A DNA stretch of 63,072 bases, the filler included, from Kipferlia bialata (taxonomy: Eukaryota): the NCBI GenBank assembly GCA_003568945.1. It is 6 parts of 6 records of this genome, joined end to end, with 100 filler letters (N's around TTAATTAATTAA, not from the genome) between each part and the next. Parts side by side here need not be neighbours in the genome. Positions count along the whole stretch, not along the records: positions 22,765 to 34,026 come from BDIP01001261.1; positions 34,127 to 45,385 come from BDIP01001262.1; 4 more parts are not named here. One strand, given 5' to 3'. The notes beneath the pieces are model-generated. The model was not told the DNA's origin and did not search any database. It was given only the letters and a program-made list of their open reading frames with translations. The translations under genes and the position numbers were made by a program. Below are positions 26,601-40,470 of the stretch, one piece after another. Position 1 is the first letter of the stretch, and the number at the start of each line of letters is the position of its first letter.

Positions 26601-27522
26601 ATTCTATTGATATCTCAGGTGTGGCCCTTGCCTGTGACAGTCTCGGCCAGATGCTGGGGGCACTGTGCACATCCCGCATGCAGAGACTGTCCCCGTCCTA
26701 TGCAGGTCCCACACATACACATATATCTATACTTGTAGTCTGACGGACACGGGTAGAGTTCATGCACAGTTCTGATACATCAGGCCCTTTCCTCACAGCT
26801 ATCCAGTGTTGTGGTCTGTTCCTCAGCAGCAGAGGTCTTAGACAGTGCGTCTTCCTAGGTATCTGCACTGCTTTTCTCAGTTCTCCATATGGACGAAATT
26901 GCTGTTCAATTTAGTCGACAAGCATACCTAGCCTTGCATCTTATCATTGGTGGGGCCATTATAGGGATATATGACAACTGAACTTTATGCTCTAATGATA
27001 GGTGGAGTAATGATCGGGTTTGGTTGTGGTGGTACCCTACCTGTGCTACTAGGCAGGGCGTCAGTGTTCCACAAGAGGTGCGAGTATGCATACCTAACGC
27101 TAAACGAATAGTATATATATATATATCGTATGGTTCTATCAAACCATACGTATTTCTAACAATATTTTACACCAGCCACCGTGCTACTGTTGGCTCTCTC
27201 ATGGTAGCCCTTCAGAACATCGGCATGATGGGGCTGCCCCTGCTGGCTGGGCTGTTTAGTAGCAGCGCAAACACCCTCGTACTAGCAGGTAGCGCTGATA
27301 TATATAGCACCATATATATACATATATATAGATATTGTTCCTTCACTCTATTTCTATCTGACCCTAGGTGTGCTTGCTCTGGCCACTGCTGTCACGTGGT
27401 CTGTCCTTGAGTCAAGGGACAAGAGAAGTCACGCTCACGTCTCTCCTGAGCCGTCCCTCGTACACTCTGACAATGCCACATATGAAGACATACACGAGAG
27501 GGCTGTAGTCGTGGATTGCTAG
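23664..27522 (+). CDS. Major facilitator superfamily transporter, multi-exon
   Basis: Spliced hydrophobic segments FYALLSLRVMLGLPIGMLFNVVTGMIASQF..QRTRVLGW, GYLGRFSYRFIFLL, an acidic central loop (25593-26030), and HRATVGSLMVALQNIGMMGLPLLAGLF; stop TAG at 27520-27522. Confidence 0.8.
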
Positions 27523-28226
27523 AGCAGTGTATTACCCAGTGGGTAGTACGCGCCTTATCGTGTCAGTGTCCGTGTCACTATATCCTGTCCTATACAGTGT
27601 GTGATATATCCAGTCTTCATGACGCATCGTGTCAGTATCAAGCGTCATTGGTATTGACTCATGACCCAATTGTTTCTCAGATGTTTCCTAGTTCCTATGA
27701 GTGCTAGTTTGTGACAAAGTCCAACTGCTCTCAAGTATTTATGATGACGTGTATCCCATTACAACGACTAAGAGGGTTGTTAGTATTCATAAATATTGTG
27801 TGTGTGTATTCTCAATACTTCTGTGAGTCGTGTATGTGCCAAAATAGCTATCTACCCATAACGAGACAACACTAAAGCCTTTAGTCTAAAGCATAGTGCC
27901 AATGTCAGTAATAGTTCGTAATTGAGAGATGTACGCCTGGTCTATTCAATGTACGAGAAATGTAATACTTGAACGAAACGGTCTGCAGGTATTTGAAACC
28001 TTCATATATACATACGCTGTAAAATTGAGATGTCCTCAGAATGCTTGCTGTAGACTGACAGTTTCTCTCCCATCCACCACTGCATTGACGTCTTTCCTTC
28101 ATCCACGAAGACAGTGTGAGTCGTCGATACACTGTATCATACTGATATACACACAGAACAGAGCACCCACAGGAACTAAAGACTTCTAGAGTCTGAGACT
28201 GTAGACACCTAGCCTACTAGTGTGGC

Positions 28227-29200
28227 ATGGGAAAGAAGAGGAGGCCTAGGCACAGGGTGCTGAAGAGACCATATGCTCCAAAGCCACGGCCATCCGAGAC
28301 TCAGACAGGGTCAGCAACTGGGAATGCCACTCCAAGTCCGGAAATGACAGAGTCAGTTCCTGCCAGAGTCGCTCCAAGTCCTGCTTCTCCGGCAGAGGCA
28401 CCTGTATACCCAGAAGAGCCTACTGTAGACCCACAGGGGATTACTGGGTTATGTTCAGAGTCAGGGTCAGAGTTCGACCCGGATGGTTCTCACTCAGACT
28501 TTGGGCCTGAGGGTGGAGAGTCAGAAGGTAATCGTGGGAGCTATATATATATATATATCTATCTCATCTTAGTGAGAACTTCTCACTGAGAAGCTATAAC
28601 GAATAGTGTCGGTAAGTTACCGGGTAACGCAAGCGGCTATGTTGTAGAAACCTATGTCTCCTTTACGCCAGTGTCAGACACCGTATCCACTGTGTGTCCT
28701 AGTCACCAGACAACACTTGAGAACATACTATCTCACTCTGTCCACAATGAAGATGGAACGGTGACACTGACGAGAGAGCAGGCATGTAGACAAACATGAA
28801 TCGATACCAACTATACAGTGAAGATTAATCGGTGAAGAGCCTATCGTGTAAGATACATTGTATGACACCAGATCCAGGCCATCAGTAGCACAAAGCTATT
28901 CAAGGTAGGCACACTGTTATCCACCTGGGGACTCAGGCCACTTGAGACACTCTTGAGCCCACCTCAAACCAGTTCTTTCTCAGAACGAACCCTGTGAGAG
29001 TCCTGTCCTAACCCACAGGCTCACACTACGGCTGAAAGGGAGATAGGTTTCCTTGAAGTTGACTCACTTGGCGATATGCAGATGGCATGCGAGGAGCTTC
29101 AAATCATCAGAAATATGATGAAAGAACCGGCAAGACCCAAGCGAGAGCTAGACTCTCAGTTGTATCATCTAGGCCTCAAGCTGGGATCGGTGAGTGCATG
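28227..29200 (+). CDS. Hypothetical protein with basic N-terminus (possible NLS); 3' exons uncertain
   Basis: ORF MGKKRRPRHRVLKRPY... with a donor at ~28529 and further putative GT-AG introns. Confidence 0.4.
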
Positions 29201-29377
29201 CCTAAGGCTAAGTCTTGTGCAGCATTTAATGAACACCCATATACATCTCTTGTGACTCGGATCTGAGGATACAGAAAATGATAATTATTGTTAATAACAG
29301 TATTATTGTAATTGTTAATTGTTTATTGTTCATTGTTATTGTTATATTCCCATATATATAACTGATACTCCAGTGTC

Positions 29378-30441
29378 ATGGAAATTACCTTAAAGCGGAG
29401 AGACAGGAGCAAGCTGCCTCCCAAACTGGGCACACACCCTCGGTATTCGACTATGTGTGTCCTGATACACCAGAAGATGAAACAATGAGGTAACGGTCTT
29501 CTTATTTCATACTATCATGCTGACACATTGTTGTCAGCATGTATGTGTGCCATGTAACACCCAGATGTGACACACACCCAGTAGACACCAATGACAGTGC
29601 TGAGACCGGCCGACCAAGTGCGGATACACAATACCAGTGGCTAAGCGAGTTGGTAGAGAAGGGTGAGGCACTGCGTAGACAGGCTGTGGCGGCAGAGAGG
29701 CGCAGGAAGAGTGATAAGCGGGCAAGTCTCAGTCTTCTAGCCCAGAGAGTGAATGAGATTGCAGCACTTGAAGCTAGAGTTGCTGAGCTCCAAGAGAGTA
29801 ACATAGCCCTCACACAGAGCGTTTTAGAGGCACAACGGGAGACGGCCAACAGTCACGAGTACTACAAGTCTCAGCAGACTAAGGCTAAGGAGGAGTTTGC
29901 TACTCTGTTGGAGCTGCAGGGAGACCTGGAGAGTTCAAAGGCACAAAGAGCGAGTGAGAGAATGATCTCTGCCATTAAGGTGAGAGACTCCTGGAAGAGA
30001 GAGCTGAAGGAGGCTAGACGTGAGACTGAGCGACTGAGGGTTCAGGTACAGGACTATGAGGCCGACAATCACAAGGAGAGCGTTAACGTCTCCATCCAAC
30101 ACTCAGTGATGGGGCCGGAGAGGTCTCACTCAGAAGGGGCAGAGAGCTTAGACTCCGACGGGGAACAGAGCTCGGTAGCTGTGTCAGAGGAGAGTGATGC
30201 GTCAGGGGAGAGCGATGTGTCGGATGCTGTTCAAGGACCCTATCATACTCTACCGAGCTCCATGTTCTCTCTCCTTGGTGTGTCCCTGGATGACTCACTG
30301 CCACCCTACCCTGGTGCAGAGCCAGTACTGCCACACATGGCAAGCAGGATAGTGTTACTCGAGGAGGCAGTTGTGGCACTCAGGGAGGAGGTCTCCAACA
30401 TGAAGGAGAGGGAGAGGGAGAGAGACAGAGAGACTCGATGA
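29378..30441 (+). CDS. Coiled-coil hypothetical protein (2 exons)
   Basis: MEITLKAERQ... exon, an intron (gtaacg...taacacccag), then a heptad-rich ORF of about 290 codons to the stop at 30441. Confidence 0.6.
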
Positions 30442-30701
30442 GATCATCATGGGTCAACGATTTCACAATAGCTGTTTACAATGCTAGGACAACACTAGCT
30501 TGTTGTCTCACAACTTATAGTCTCTTTGGTATCTAGTATCTAAGCATGTTTGGTTACGACATCCATGGTAAACGCAAGAATTATAATAGAACCGTTTCAA
30601 TGGCCCTACGCTCAATATTACAACATTTATCTACTTATTGATTCTACGTACTTACGTCACACTATTTCCACAGCGAGGAGCGTCACTACACCGACACTTG
30701 C

Positions 30702-33700
30702 TCACACAGCGGCTATCATCTTACCCACCATATTCAGGGCAGAGTCCCTACACGAACTGATGAGCTTGGCGAATGGCACCTTCTCTGCCGACCTCACTGG
30801 TCCGTAGTACACCACCGGTGTGTCCTCTATCTGCTGGTAGGTGGCCTTTCCCTGGTACATGTTCCAGTATACATCGGCCAGGGACTGGGTGAGGTCCCTC
30901 CCCATGACCTTGGAGAGTGCCTCCAGCTTCGTCTTGTACACGACAATGACCTGCACAGCACTCATGGATACACCCTCTCCCACAGCGGCCTCTATGGCAG
31001 GGCCGCTCTCTCTCAAAGGGACCTCAATACTCCCAACAACCTGCTTCTTGAGAGACCCCTGGGAGCGGGTGATGACGGCGATGGGGCCGGCGTCACTCTC
31101 GCTACCGTGTAGAAGAGCATCCACAGCGTTGAGGTGGTGGTTGGACGAGAAGACGCCGTGGCTAACGATATAGGACTTGGGGAGTGGGGCCTCTTCGGGT
31201 GCAGCGATGGGAAGAGACTTAGGGAGCAGTTCTGTAGTGTTATTTGCGATGGCCTCTTCGATGACGTCCAGCTGCTCTAGCAGCTGAGTGCAGGTGGGAC
31301 GGAGAGCAGGGTCATACTGGTGTGAATGGAAATAGTTGGATACATCCACATATATCCTCATCTATGTATGGGTGTAATATGTATATTGAGATATATTCGT
31401 ATATATTCCTCCAGCATGCTGTTGACCAGTGCCGCATAGCCTGGGGTCACAGCCTCTTTGTCTGTAAGGCGTCTGGGGTGAGAGAGACGAAGTAGCACAT
31501 ATGTACATTAGAGAGTGGTTTGATGGCTATCATAGAGTGTTTTCTCTCAATATCTGACTGCTTATCACTCCTTGTATGCCTCAGAACAGTGGCACAATAT
31601 AGTACGCACTCAACCATATATGGGCAATACATATATATAATACATTGGAACACCCACCTGACTCTCTTCCCCCCCAGAGTGCTCTTCAACTCATCCAGAG
31701 TGGAGGGACTGTTGAGCACACAGGTGGGGGTCACAAGCTAGGGTGGGTACTGAGAGACATATATACTAATATACACATATACACAAGTGTATATGTGTAT
31801 ATACATATAGATATATACCAATGGAGGTCACTAGTTAGGGTGGGTACTAAGAGATAGATAGATACAGGAGTATATGGAGGAATACACACTCACTCCCAAA
31901 CAGGTATGCCCTACCTGAGTGAGGGTGATTCCCAGGGCCCACACATCTATCCCCGTGCTGTAGTGCTGACGCAGACCACTGAACTGCTACAGGGTGAGAG
32001 GAGGGAGTAGAGGGACGTATAGAGTATATTCATGTGGACGGGTTGAACTAAATACTATACAGGACAACACCCTGGAGAACACGATGTGTACATATACTCT
32101 TCATCAAAGGGTGGTTAGACTGTTACAATATTGGAGAACAGTGACACATGATACCAACCTCTGGTGCCCTGTATAGGGGTGTGCCGGTGTCCTCTGTCTT
32201 CTTCAGGTGCTGGGGGTTAGTAAAGGAATGCATACAGACATACACATATATATACATAAATATACTATACATACATATGCATATACACCATTGCAACTAG
32301 CTGGTAGTACAATCGACTTATCAGTATCAGATGCTTCTGGATACCAGTATCTGTATCTGTAGAGTGTAGAGTGTAAACGGTTCTTTCTCTGATAGACCAG
32401 TGAAGATTCACCCATTAAATATACAAATGCATATTGTGGGTATATAGTGTTCTTAGTGTGTAAAAGCACCACCCGGTCGTCCACCTTGCACATATACACA
32501 TAGAATATCCATGCATATGTCTATACATATATATATACGCACCACCCCCTCGTCCACTCTGCACAGACCCAGATCCACAACTGTACAGTGGAGCTTATAG
32601 CGTGATATATACATGATATAATATATCTACAAACATAGTATATATACTAGAGAGTATGTATACTAACGCACCACTCCCATATCTATCTATCTATGTGCCT
32701 ATCTGTATCTATATATATATATATATATAAGCACCACTCCCTCATCTACTCTGCACAGGCCCAGATCCACAACAGTACAGTGGTGCTTACAACAAGATAT
32801 ATACATGAATATGTATATATATATACAGAGTGTATATACTAACGTACCACCCCCTCGTCCACCCTGCATAGGCCCAGATCCACAACGGTACAGTGGCGGG
32901 TCTGCTTCTCATCCTCACCCCTGTGCATCATGATGTTCTCGGGCTGGGTTAGTAATAGTGAATACGTATATATGTATATATCCACACTGATCCCTGTGCA
33001 TCATGATGTTCTCATGCTGGGGTGAGAAGAGTACTCAAGAGATACATAATAGTATATCGATATCTACGAACGATACATGAAGCAATGAGAAACAGCAACA
33101 ACACTGTGCATCATGATGATCATAGATTGGGTGCGTCAGAGTAGGGTGCCTGTGTGTGTATCACTCAATGTAGAAGATATATACACCAATGTATATAATA
33201 CACACACATATATATATCTATATCTATCTATATATACATATCTAGAGTATGTACTCACCTTGAGGTCCCTGTGTATCACGTTCCTCTCATGCAGGAACTG
33301 GAGGCCTGTCAGGATCTGAGGGTCAAAACGGAGAACAATTATATAATTAGTGTCAACTAAACACAATAGAGACACAACCCAAATACAGAAAGAGAATGAA
33401 ATGGGGAGGGGGGGAGGGAGGGGGGGGGGGACTCGCTTGCCGTACATCACGTGTTATCTTGAGTAGACCATTGAGGACCACGTCATCCTGCAGATGGGGT
33501 AAATCACCCCCTGCCCTGGAGGTGTACTGAAGCAGGTTGTTGCCTAGGATAAGACTGTAATTGTAATAATTATTAGTATATACTGCTATTATTATTATAT
33601 ACTACCACTACTTGTGTACTGAAGCTGGTCTTTGCCTGGTATCAGTCAACAACAATTATAACAATACTATATATACATATATATATATGTTTATAATACT

Positions 33701-34020
33701 GGAACAGGTCGTTGCAGGTATTAGCGGTTAGAGGCTGATATGTGGAGTGGTTAGCAGAAAGAGACTGGCTCAACCCGAAGAACATGGGGGAAAGAGAGGA
33801 GACACAAATAGGGTTCAGAAAGTAGGGGGGGGGAGGGGGGGAGGGGGTATGTAGTGAATAGGGGAAGAGATGCCCATGGCACAGCTAGATGTGTAGTATG
33901 TATGTGTGTATCTGTGCACTTATGTATATATATATGTATATATCTCTACCTAAATCTAAATATATATAGACCATGTACCTTGGCACAGTTCCATGACAAT
34001 CACTGTGTATCTGTGCACTT
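30702..34020 (-). CDS. Ser/Thr protein kinase with C-terminal extension, multi-exon, 5'-truncated
   Basis: Spliced motifs IVMELC, ILTGLQFLHERNVIHRDLKPENIM, VVDLGLC (DFG position is DLG), TGTPLYRAPE and YSTGIDVWALG; terminal exon ORF 30702-31361. Confidence 0.88.
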
Positions 34021-34026
34021 ATGTAT

Positions 34027-34126
34027 NNNNNNNNNNNNNNNNNNNNNNNNNNNNNNNNNNNNNNNNNNNNTTAATTAATTAANNNNNNNNNNNNNNNNNN
34101 NNNNNNNNNNNNNNNNNNNNNNNNNN
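34027..34126. other. Artificial scaffold spacer
   Basis: 44N-TTAATTAATTAA-44N. Confidence 0.99.
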
Positions 34127-34160
<34 letters not shown>

Positions 34161-34356
34161 GGAGAGAGAGAGAGAGAGAGGGAGAGGGAGAGAAGGACAT
34201 GACGCCACCTTGCCTATTCACAAACATATGGTGTCAGTATATACACGTATAAGAATACAGTAATACCATGTAAGTAACAATCAACATACATACATATATA
34301 AGGGGAATGTGTGTGAGAGAAAGAGAGTGTGTGTGTGAAAGAGAGAGTCACTACGT

Positions 34357-34591
34357 ACTGTGATGGGACCAGTGCCATCTGGGGAGTGGGAGTCACGTAG
34401 CAGAGGGGGGCCTGAGAATAAGGGTGTAGAGGGGGGGGAGAGAGAGAGAGCAAATGGGTTCCTGGATATATAGGGGTCTAAAGAGAGAGATACGTACCGC
34501 AAAGGGGAACTGGGGCAGCAGGATGATTCTGACAGGGATCTGGAAGACGTTCTGGCCATAGCGGACAGGGAGAGTGCCTGGAATTGAGGGT

Positions 34592-34642
<51 letters not shown>

Positions 34643-34955
34643 CTCCGAGGCATGCACAGGGCATGGGCTGGCCACCCTGAGTATATATACATATATATCT
34701 ATATATATACATATCTATATATAATAATAATATACATATATATCCATACCTCCGAGGCATGCACAGGGCATGGGCTGGCCAATAGACATGTATCAATATA
34801 TCTACTAATCAATATAACCTGTCTATAGATATTATGTATAGATATATGCCATTATGTATATATAGTACCTCCGAGGCATGCACAGGGCATGGGCTGGCCA
34901 CCCTGAGTGGGGAGCTGCACAGCCTCAGGCCTAGGCATGAGAGAGACACACTAAC

Positions 34956-34989
<34 letters not shown>

Positions 34990-35977
34990 CTGGGTGGGGA
35001 GCTGCACTGCCTCAGGCCTAGGGGTGAGATAGTATATCTAAGAATAGTAGGGGCTCGAGAGAGAGAGAGAGAGAGATCTGACCAGTTTAGTACCTGAGTG
35101 ATGGGATGCGGCCCATGACAAACTATATATGAATAATAGTATGTATAGTATATGGTGTATAACACCCAGTACCTGAGTGATGGGATGCGGCCCATGACAG
35201 ACTGGAACACATGGCGTACATAATGCATATATATATACTAGTATATATATGAATAGTAGTATATATAGTATATGGTGTTTAATACCCAGTAGTACTAGGA
35301 GGAGTACCTGAGGGATGGGATGCGGCCCATGACAAACTATATATGAATAATAGTACACTAATAGTACAATCATTATCTGAGTGCTGGAGAGTCGAACGCA
35401 CAATATGTGTATGTATATGAGTGTCAACACAGTACCTCAGTGATGGGATGCGGCCCATGACAAACTGGAACACTGACACTGTGTGCTGGATGTTCTGAGG
35501 GTGAGATGTATATACATAGAGAGAGAGAGGGTAGATGTGGGTGACAGGTCACTGAAATGAAGGTAATCCCCTATCAAGAGAGAGTGGAGGAATAGTGCTG
35601 GGACCGAGTACTCAGTGTATATACTTTTCCACAACCAATAGGTACGTACACATAGCAGTAGTCTCTAATATAATACCTATACACCCTTCATTATCGATAT
35701 CTATACCGAGTACACGGAGTACAACTATATATATATACACACTGTTCTATATAGTGTATGAAAATACACCCACCTGGCACTTGTATGTGGTCAGCATCAC
35801 TAGATACCCAATATATATACCGAGTACACAGTGCAACTATGTATATATATATATACTCTGTTCTATGTAGTATAGTATATATAGTACATAGTACATAGTA
35901 TATAGTATATAGTATATGTATACACCCACCTGGTACTTGTATGTGGTCAGCATCTGCTGCAGTTGGGCAGAGTTCAT
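34357..35977 (-). CDS. TSG101: ESCRT-I subunit TSG101/Vps23, N-terminal UEV domain, 3'-truncated
   Basis: Spliced MNSAQLQQMLTTYKYQ...CLGGTLPVRYGQNVFQIPVRIILLPQFPF..APLCYVTPTPQM matches the UEV signature GTIPV.Y....YNIP..LW....YP..PP.CFV.PT..M. Confidence 0.85.
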
Positions 35978-36227
35978 GGCTGGGGCTGGGCGGTACGACA
36001 TTGGATACTAACACTGGGATTACAGTGACAGTATGGGTAGAGAATCCAAACTTGGCCAAGGTCTCTTCATCTACAAGAACCCTTATTTACTCACCTGTTT
36101 TTGGGTCTAGCATTAAATGCCATTTCTTCACTTATTTACCGGATATTGCGAGATAGAGTTCAGCGGTCGACGAATTGTTGCAATTGAATTGGCAATTTCC
36201 ATTGTTGTTGACGAGGGGTTGGAAGCA

Positions 36228-37932
36228 ATGAGTCTAGCGTCTCGCTCCCTCTCCGCCTCTTTCAGGATGCCCGACTTGGGCAGTGGGTCTCACCGTCCCT
36301 TGTCGGATGCGCTTACACCCGCAGAGGTAGATGCCATGGTCCGGCGGGACCAGCGTCTGATGCAGGAGCGGGAAAGAGAGAGAGAGAGAGAGAAGCGGCG
36401 CAGGGGGAGAGATGGAGAGGGCTCTGGGGCTAATGGGGGAGGGGAGGGAGACGGACCGCCCCCTCTGGCTGCCGGGGACCTCATTGAGGAGGAGCGCGTT
36501 GCCCTGATGTGTGCATTTGTAGGTATGCAGGGTGTCCTTATTCCTATTGTGTATGGACCACGAGTCTCGGCTTGGAACAATCCAGACACTTTTGACTATT
36601 CTGCTTTTTTGGGTGCTTGGCCCCAGTGTATATACCCTACTTAGTCTGTATAAGCCAGCGCCAGTGTTAAACAGCATATATATCATATGTCATGACTCTT
36701 TCACTCTCGTTGTTGACTTGACTTTCATCGACAATTGTCGACATTATCGTTTGCGGCTTTGTATTTATGCGCCTCTGGGGCCTAGTAGATAGCTCTGTGT
36801 GTTACAACCCATGCATATATAGCCTTATGCTGATCTGCCATGCGTCTTGCGTCATTTAGGAGTGGTTTAGATATGATGTCTGCGATCAATTTGGTCCTTG
36901 CTCTCATCAATATGTCTCCGTATTGACCGTATTGACCTTCCCTTATATCTTAGTCCGCAAACATACATTATGAGCTTCCAAGTACTCTCTCTCTACATAG
37001 ACTTCACACATATTTGGAGATCAATCCAATCTCATGGCTCTGAATCCCAGTCTCTCTCTATATCCAGTTCAATCTCTCTGTCGCTGACTAATCTCTCTCT
37101 CTCTCTCTCTCTGTCTCTCTGTGCGTACTGATTCAAGCCTACTCCACCATGAGCAGACACTCTGGCACTCTATCTCTCTCTCTCTCTCTCTCTCGCTCTC
37201 TATGTATATTTATATATGTATATTTATGTATATGTGTATGTGTGTGTATATGAACTCATAACAGCCTACTCCACTATGAGCAGGCACTCTGGCACACTGG
37301 CACTCATGAAGGCATCGGGGGTACAGAGGTATGTTTAGTAAGTATATTTACTATAGTATGTATATGTATACTATGTATGTAGTGTAATACTCTGACTCTC
37401 ATGAAGGCAGCAGGGGTGCAGAGGTACTATATATATACTAAATACACACATATATATGTATATAATGTAGTACTATACACTATGTATTATACTCTGGCAC
37501 ACTGGCACTCATGAAGGAGGTGTGTATATGAATATATACTACATATACTGGATATACTGGATATACTTTCTCTCTCTCTCCGTCTCTGTCTTTCTCCCTA
37601 ATTCCAGTGGCGTGGCATCCCGTGATGTCATGTACGATCTGCTCAATGCAGACAGGAAGAGGGGGGCTAGGTGAGTAATGTGTATGTATATATATGCATA
37701 TACATATGTATGTGTATGCTTATTTCCCATGCCCCTTCTCTCTCTCGGCCTCCTTCTCCCCCCTTTGTAGAGGCTCTCTCCCTCTCCCTCTCTCCCTCTC
37801 TCTCCCTCTCTCTCTCCACCTCTAACAATAGAGAGAGTTCCCGCACCCACCTGGGTGCCATTGTGGAGGCCCTGGTGGAGATTGGGGTGTTTGGACCTGA
37901 GGACGAAGACCTAGGTATTTATATATATGTAT

Positions 37933-37963
<31 letters not shown>

Positions 37964-38280
37964 AGTTTCAGAGGCCCTGGTGGAGATTGGGGTGTTTGGA
38001 CCAGAGGATGAGGATCTAGGTATTGGAGACTTTTGTATATGAGATACACCCACATACTTTCTCTCATAACTCTCTCCTATGTATATACTCTCTCACTTCC
38101 AGCCAAGCACTCCTTCCACCAGTGCATGACCACCATGACAGGGCTCAAGAGGGTATGCATTAGTATGTTTAGAGTGTATATACATATAGTATATACAGAT
38201 AGTGTATAATTTGTATACATGGAGCATTGACTACATTAGCATACATCAGTGCATGGACACAATGACAGGGCTTAAGAGGG

Positions 38281-38320
<40 letters not shown>

Positions 38321-38706
38321 TAGACCCTTATTCCAGGCCCAGAAGTCTGTCATTCTCTCTCTCTCCCTCTAGACCCTTATTCCAGGCCCAGAAGTCTGTC
38401 ATTCTGATGGTGGCCATGGGCAGGTTCCACGGATACCAGTCTATAGGTATGGTTGTCTATATATATTGATACATACATGTCTCTCTTTCCCTCCCCAAGT
38501 CGCACCTCTCTGTATATGTCTCTCTCTCTCTCTCTCCCCCCCCCTATATATATATATACCCTTACTCCCAGGCCACCTCTTTTCTCTGACCTGTCCCGCT
38601 CTCTCTCTCTCAATATATATATATATATGTATGTATATGTATGTATATATATATATATATACCCTTTTGACCCAGGCCACCTCTCCCTCACCTGTCTCTT
38701 TCTCTC

Positions 38707-38737
<31 letters not shown>

Positions 38738-39442
38738 ATAAGAATATGAGTATATACATACCCTTACTCCCAGGCCACCTCTTCTCTCTGACTAGACGCA
38801 CCTCTGAGTATCTGCCAGCCATACAGAGCAACAAGGTATTGTGCAATACTAGTATACATATTACTATATGTGGTAGTATTAGTATAATATTGTAATATAT
38901 AGTAAATACTGTATTGGTATAACTCTCAGTATCTGCCAGCCATACAGAGCAACAAGGTATGGTATAACGTATATAGTATTAATATGTATTTACTAGAATA
39001 CCCTTAACCCAGTCGAGTGCACTCTTCTTGGAGGCATTTAGTGAGGATGGCTATTCATATGTATATGTGTGTGTTTGTATATATATGTGTGTGTGTATAT
39101 ATATTTACTAACCCTAGTCCAGCGCCCTGTTCCTGGAGGCATCCAACGATGCAGTGTATATATGTATAGCATATAAAGTATATATATATATATATTAATA
39201 TCACCCTTACCCTAGTCCAGCGCCCTATTCCTGGAGGCCTCTAACGATGCAGAGGGGGAGGGAGAGGGTGAGACCAGACACACCTGGAATAGAGTGGTCA
39301 TTGCACTCAACAGTAACTCGCAAGGTACCCACTTTCTATGGATTCTTAAATGTATATAGGTAGATTGACTTGATATTGATATCGCTTCCTTGTAGGTAGA
39401 CGCGTAGCTAGATACCTCCGTGCCTTCCTGTCCATCAGTGAC

Positions 39443-39475
<33 letters not shown>

Positions 39476-39953
39476 ATACTTCCACATATTTCATCTAATC
39501 AATAGGAAGGAGAGTTGCCAGGTACCTCCGTGCCTTCCTGTCCATCAGTGACCAGATCGGGGTGCTGCTGCCACCACTGGAGCACAGAGTGCCAGGTGTG
39601 TGTTTATATATATTTGTCATATATATATATATAAATATCCGCAAATATTTCTATACCCCCCTGACCCCCCAGGCGCCAGACGCTGCCGTGCCCGATCCTT
39701 CAGAGTCACCCCAACTGCCACACACTCCATCCCACAGATAGCGTGCGTGTATATACATATATATAGTAATAAGTATACACTTAGGGTGATTAGGATGCAT
39801 TCAATAACCACGGCCACACACTCCATCCCACAGATAGCGTGCGTGTATACATATACATAGTAATAAGGATACACTTAGGGTGATAAGGATACATTAGTAT
39901 ATATATGACAATAGTTACCCACTGCCACACACTCCATCCCACAGATAGCGTAC

Positions 39954-40001
<48 letters not shown>

Positions 40002-40423
40002 TCTTACCCTAGTACTGAGGATTAGTATATATATGACAATAGTTACCCACGGCCACCCACTCCATCCCACAGATAGCGTGCGTGTTTCTATATATATAGT
40101 AATAAGTATACACTTAGGGTGATTAGGTTACATTGGTATATGTATGACAATAGTTACCCACGGCCACACACTCCATCCCACAGATAGCGTACGTATATAT
40201 ATGGTTATANNNNNNNNNNNNNNNNNNNNNNNNNNNNNNNNNNNNNNNNNNNNNNNNNNNNNNNNNNNNNNNNNNNNNNNNNNNNNGTGATTAGGATGCA
40301 TTCAATACCCACGGCCACACACTCCATCCCACAGATAGCGTGCGTTAGCTCTCTCTCGCATTCTACATGTACATGTATATCACTATATCTCCTTAACCCC
40401 GCACTGAGGTCACCATCATCAAC

Positions 40424-40470
<47 letters not shown>

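Noticed and set aside
30702..34020. MAPK or CDK assignment for the kinase
   Set aside because: The activation segment is TEDTGTPLYRAPE, with no TxY or (T/R)WYR motif, so the family is left unassigned.
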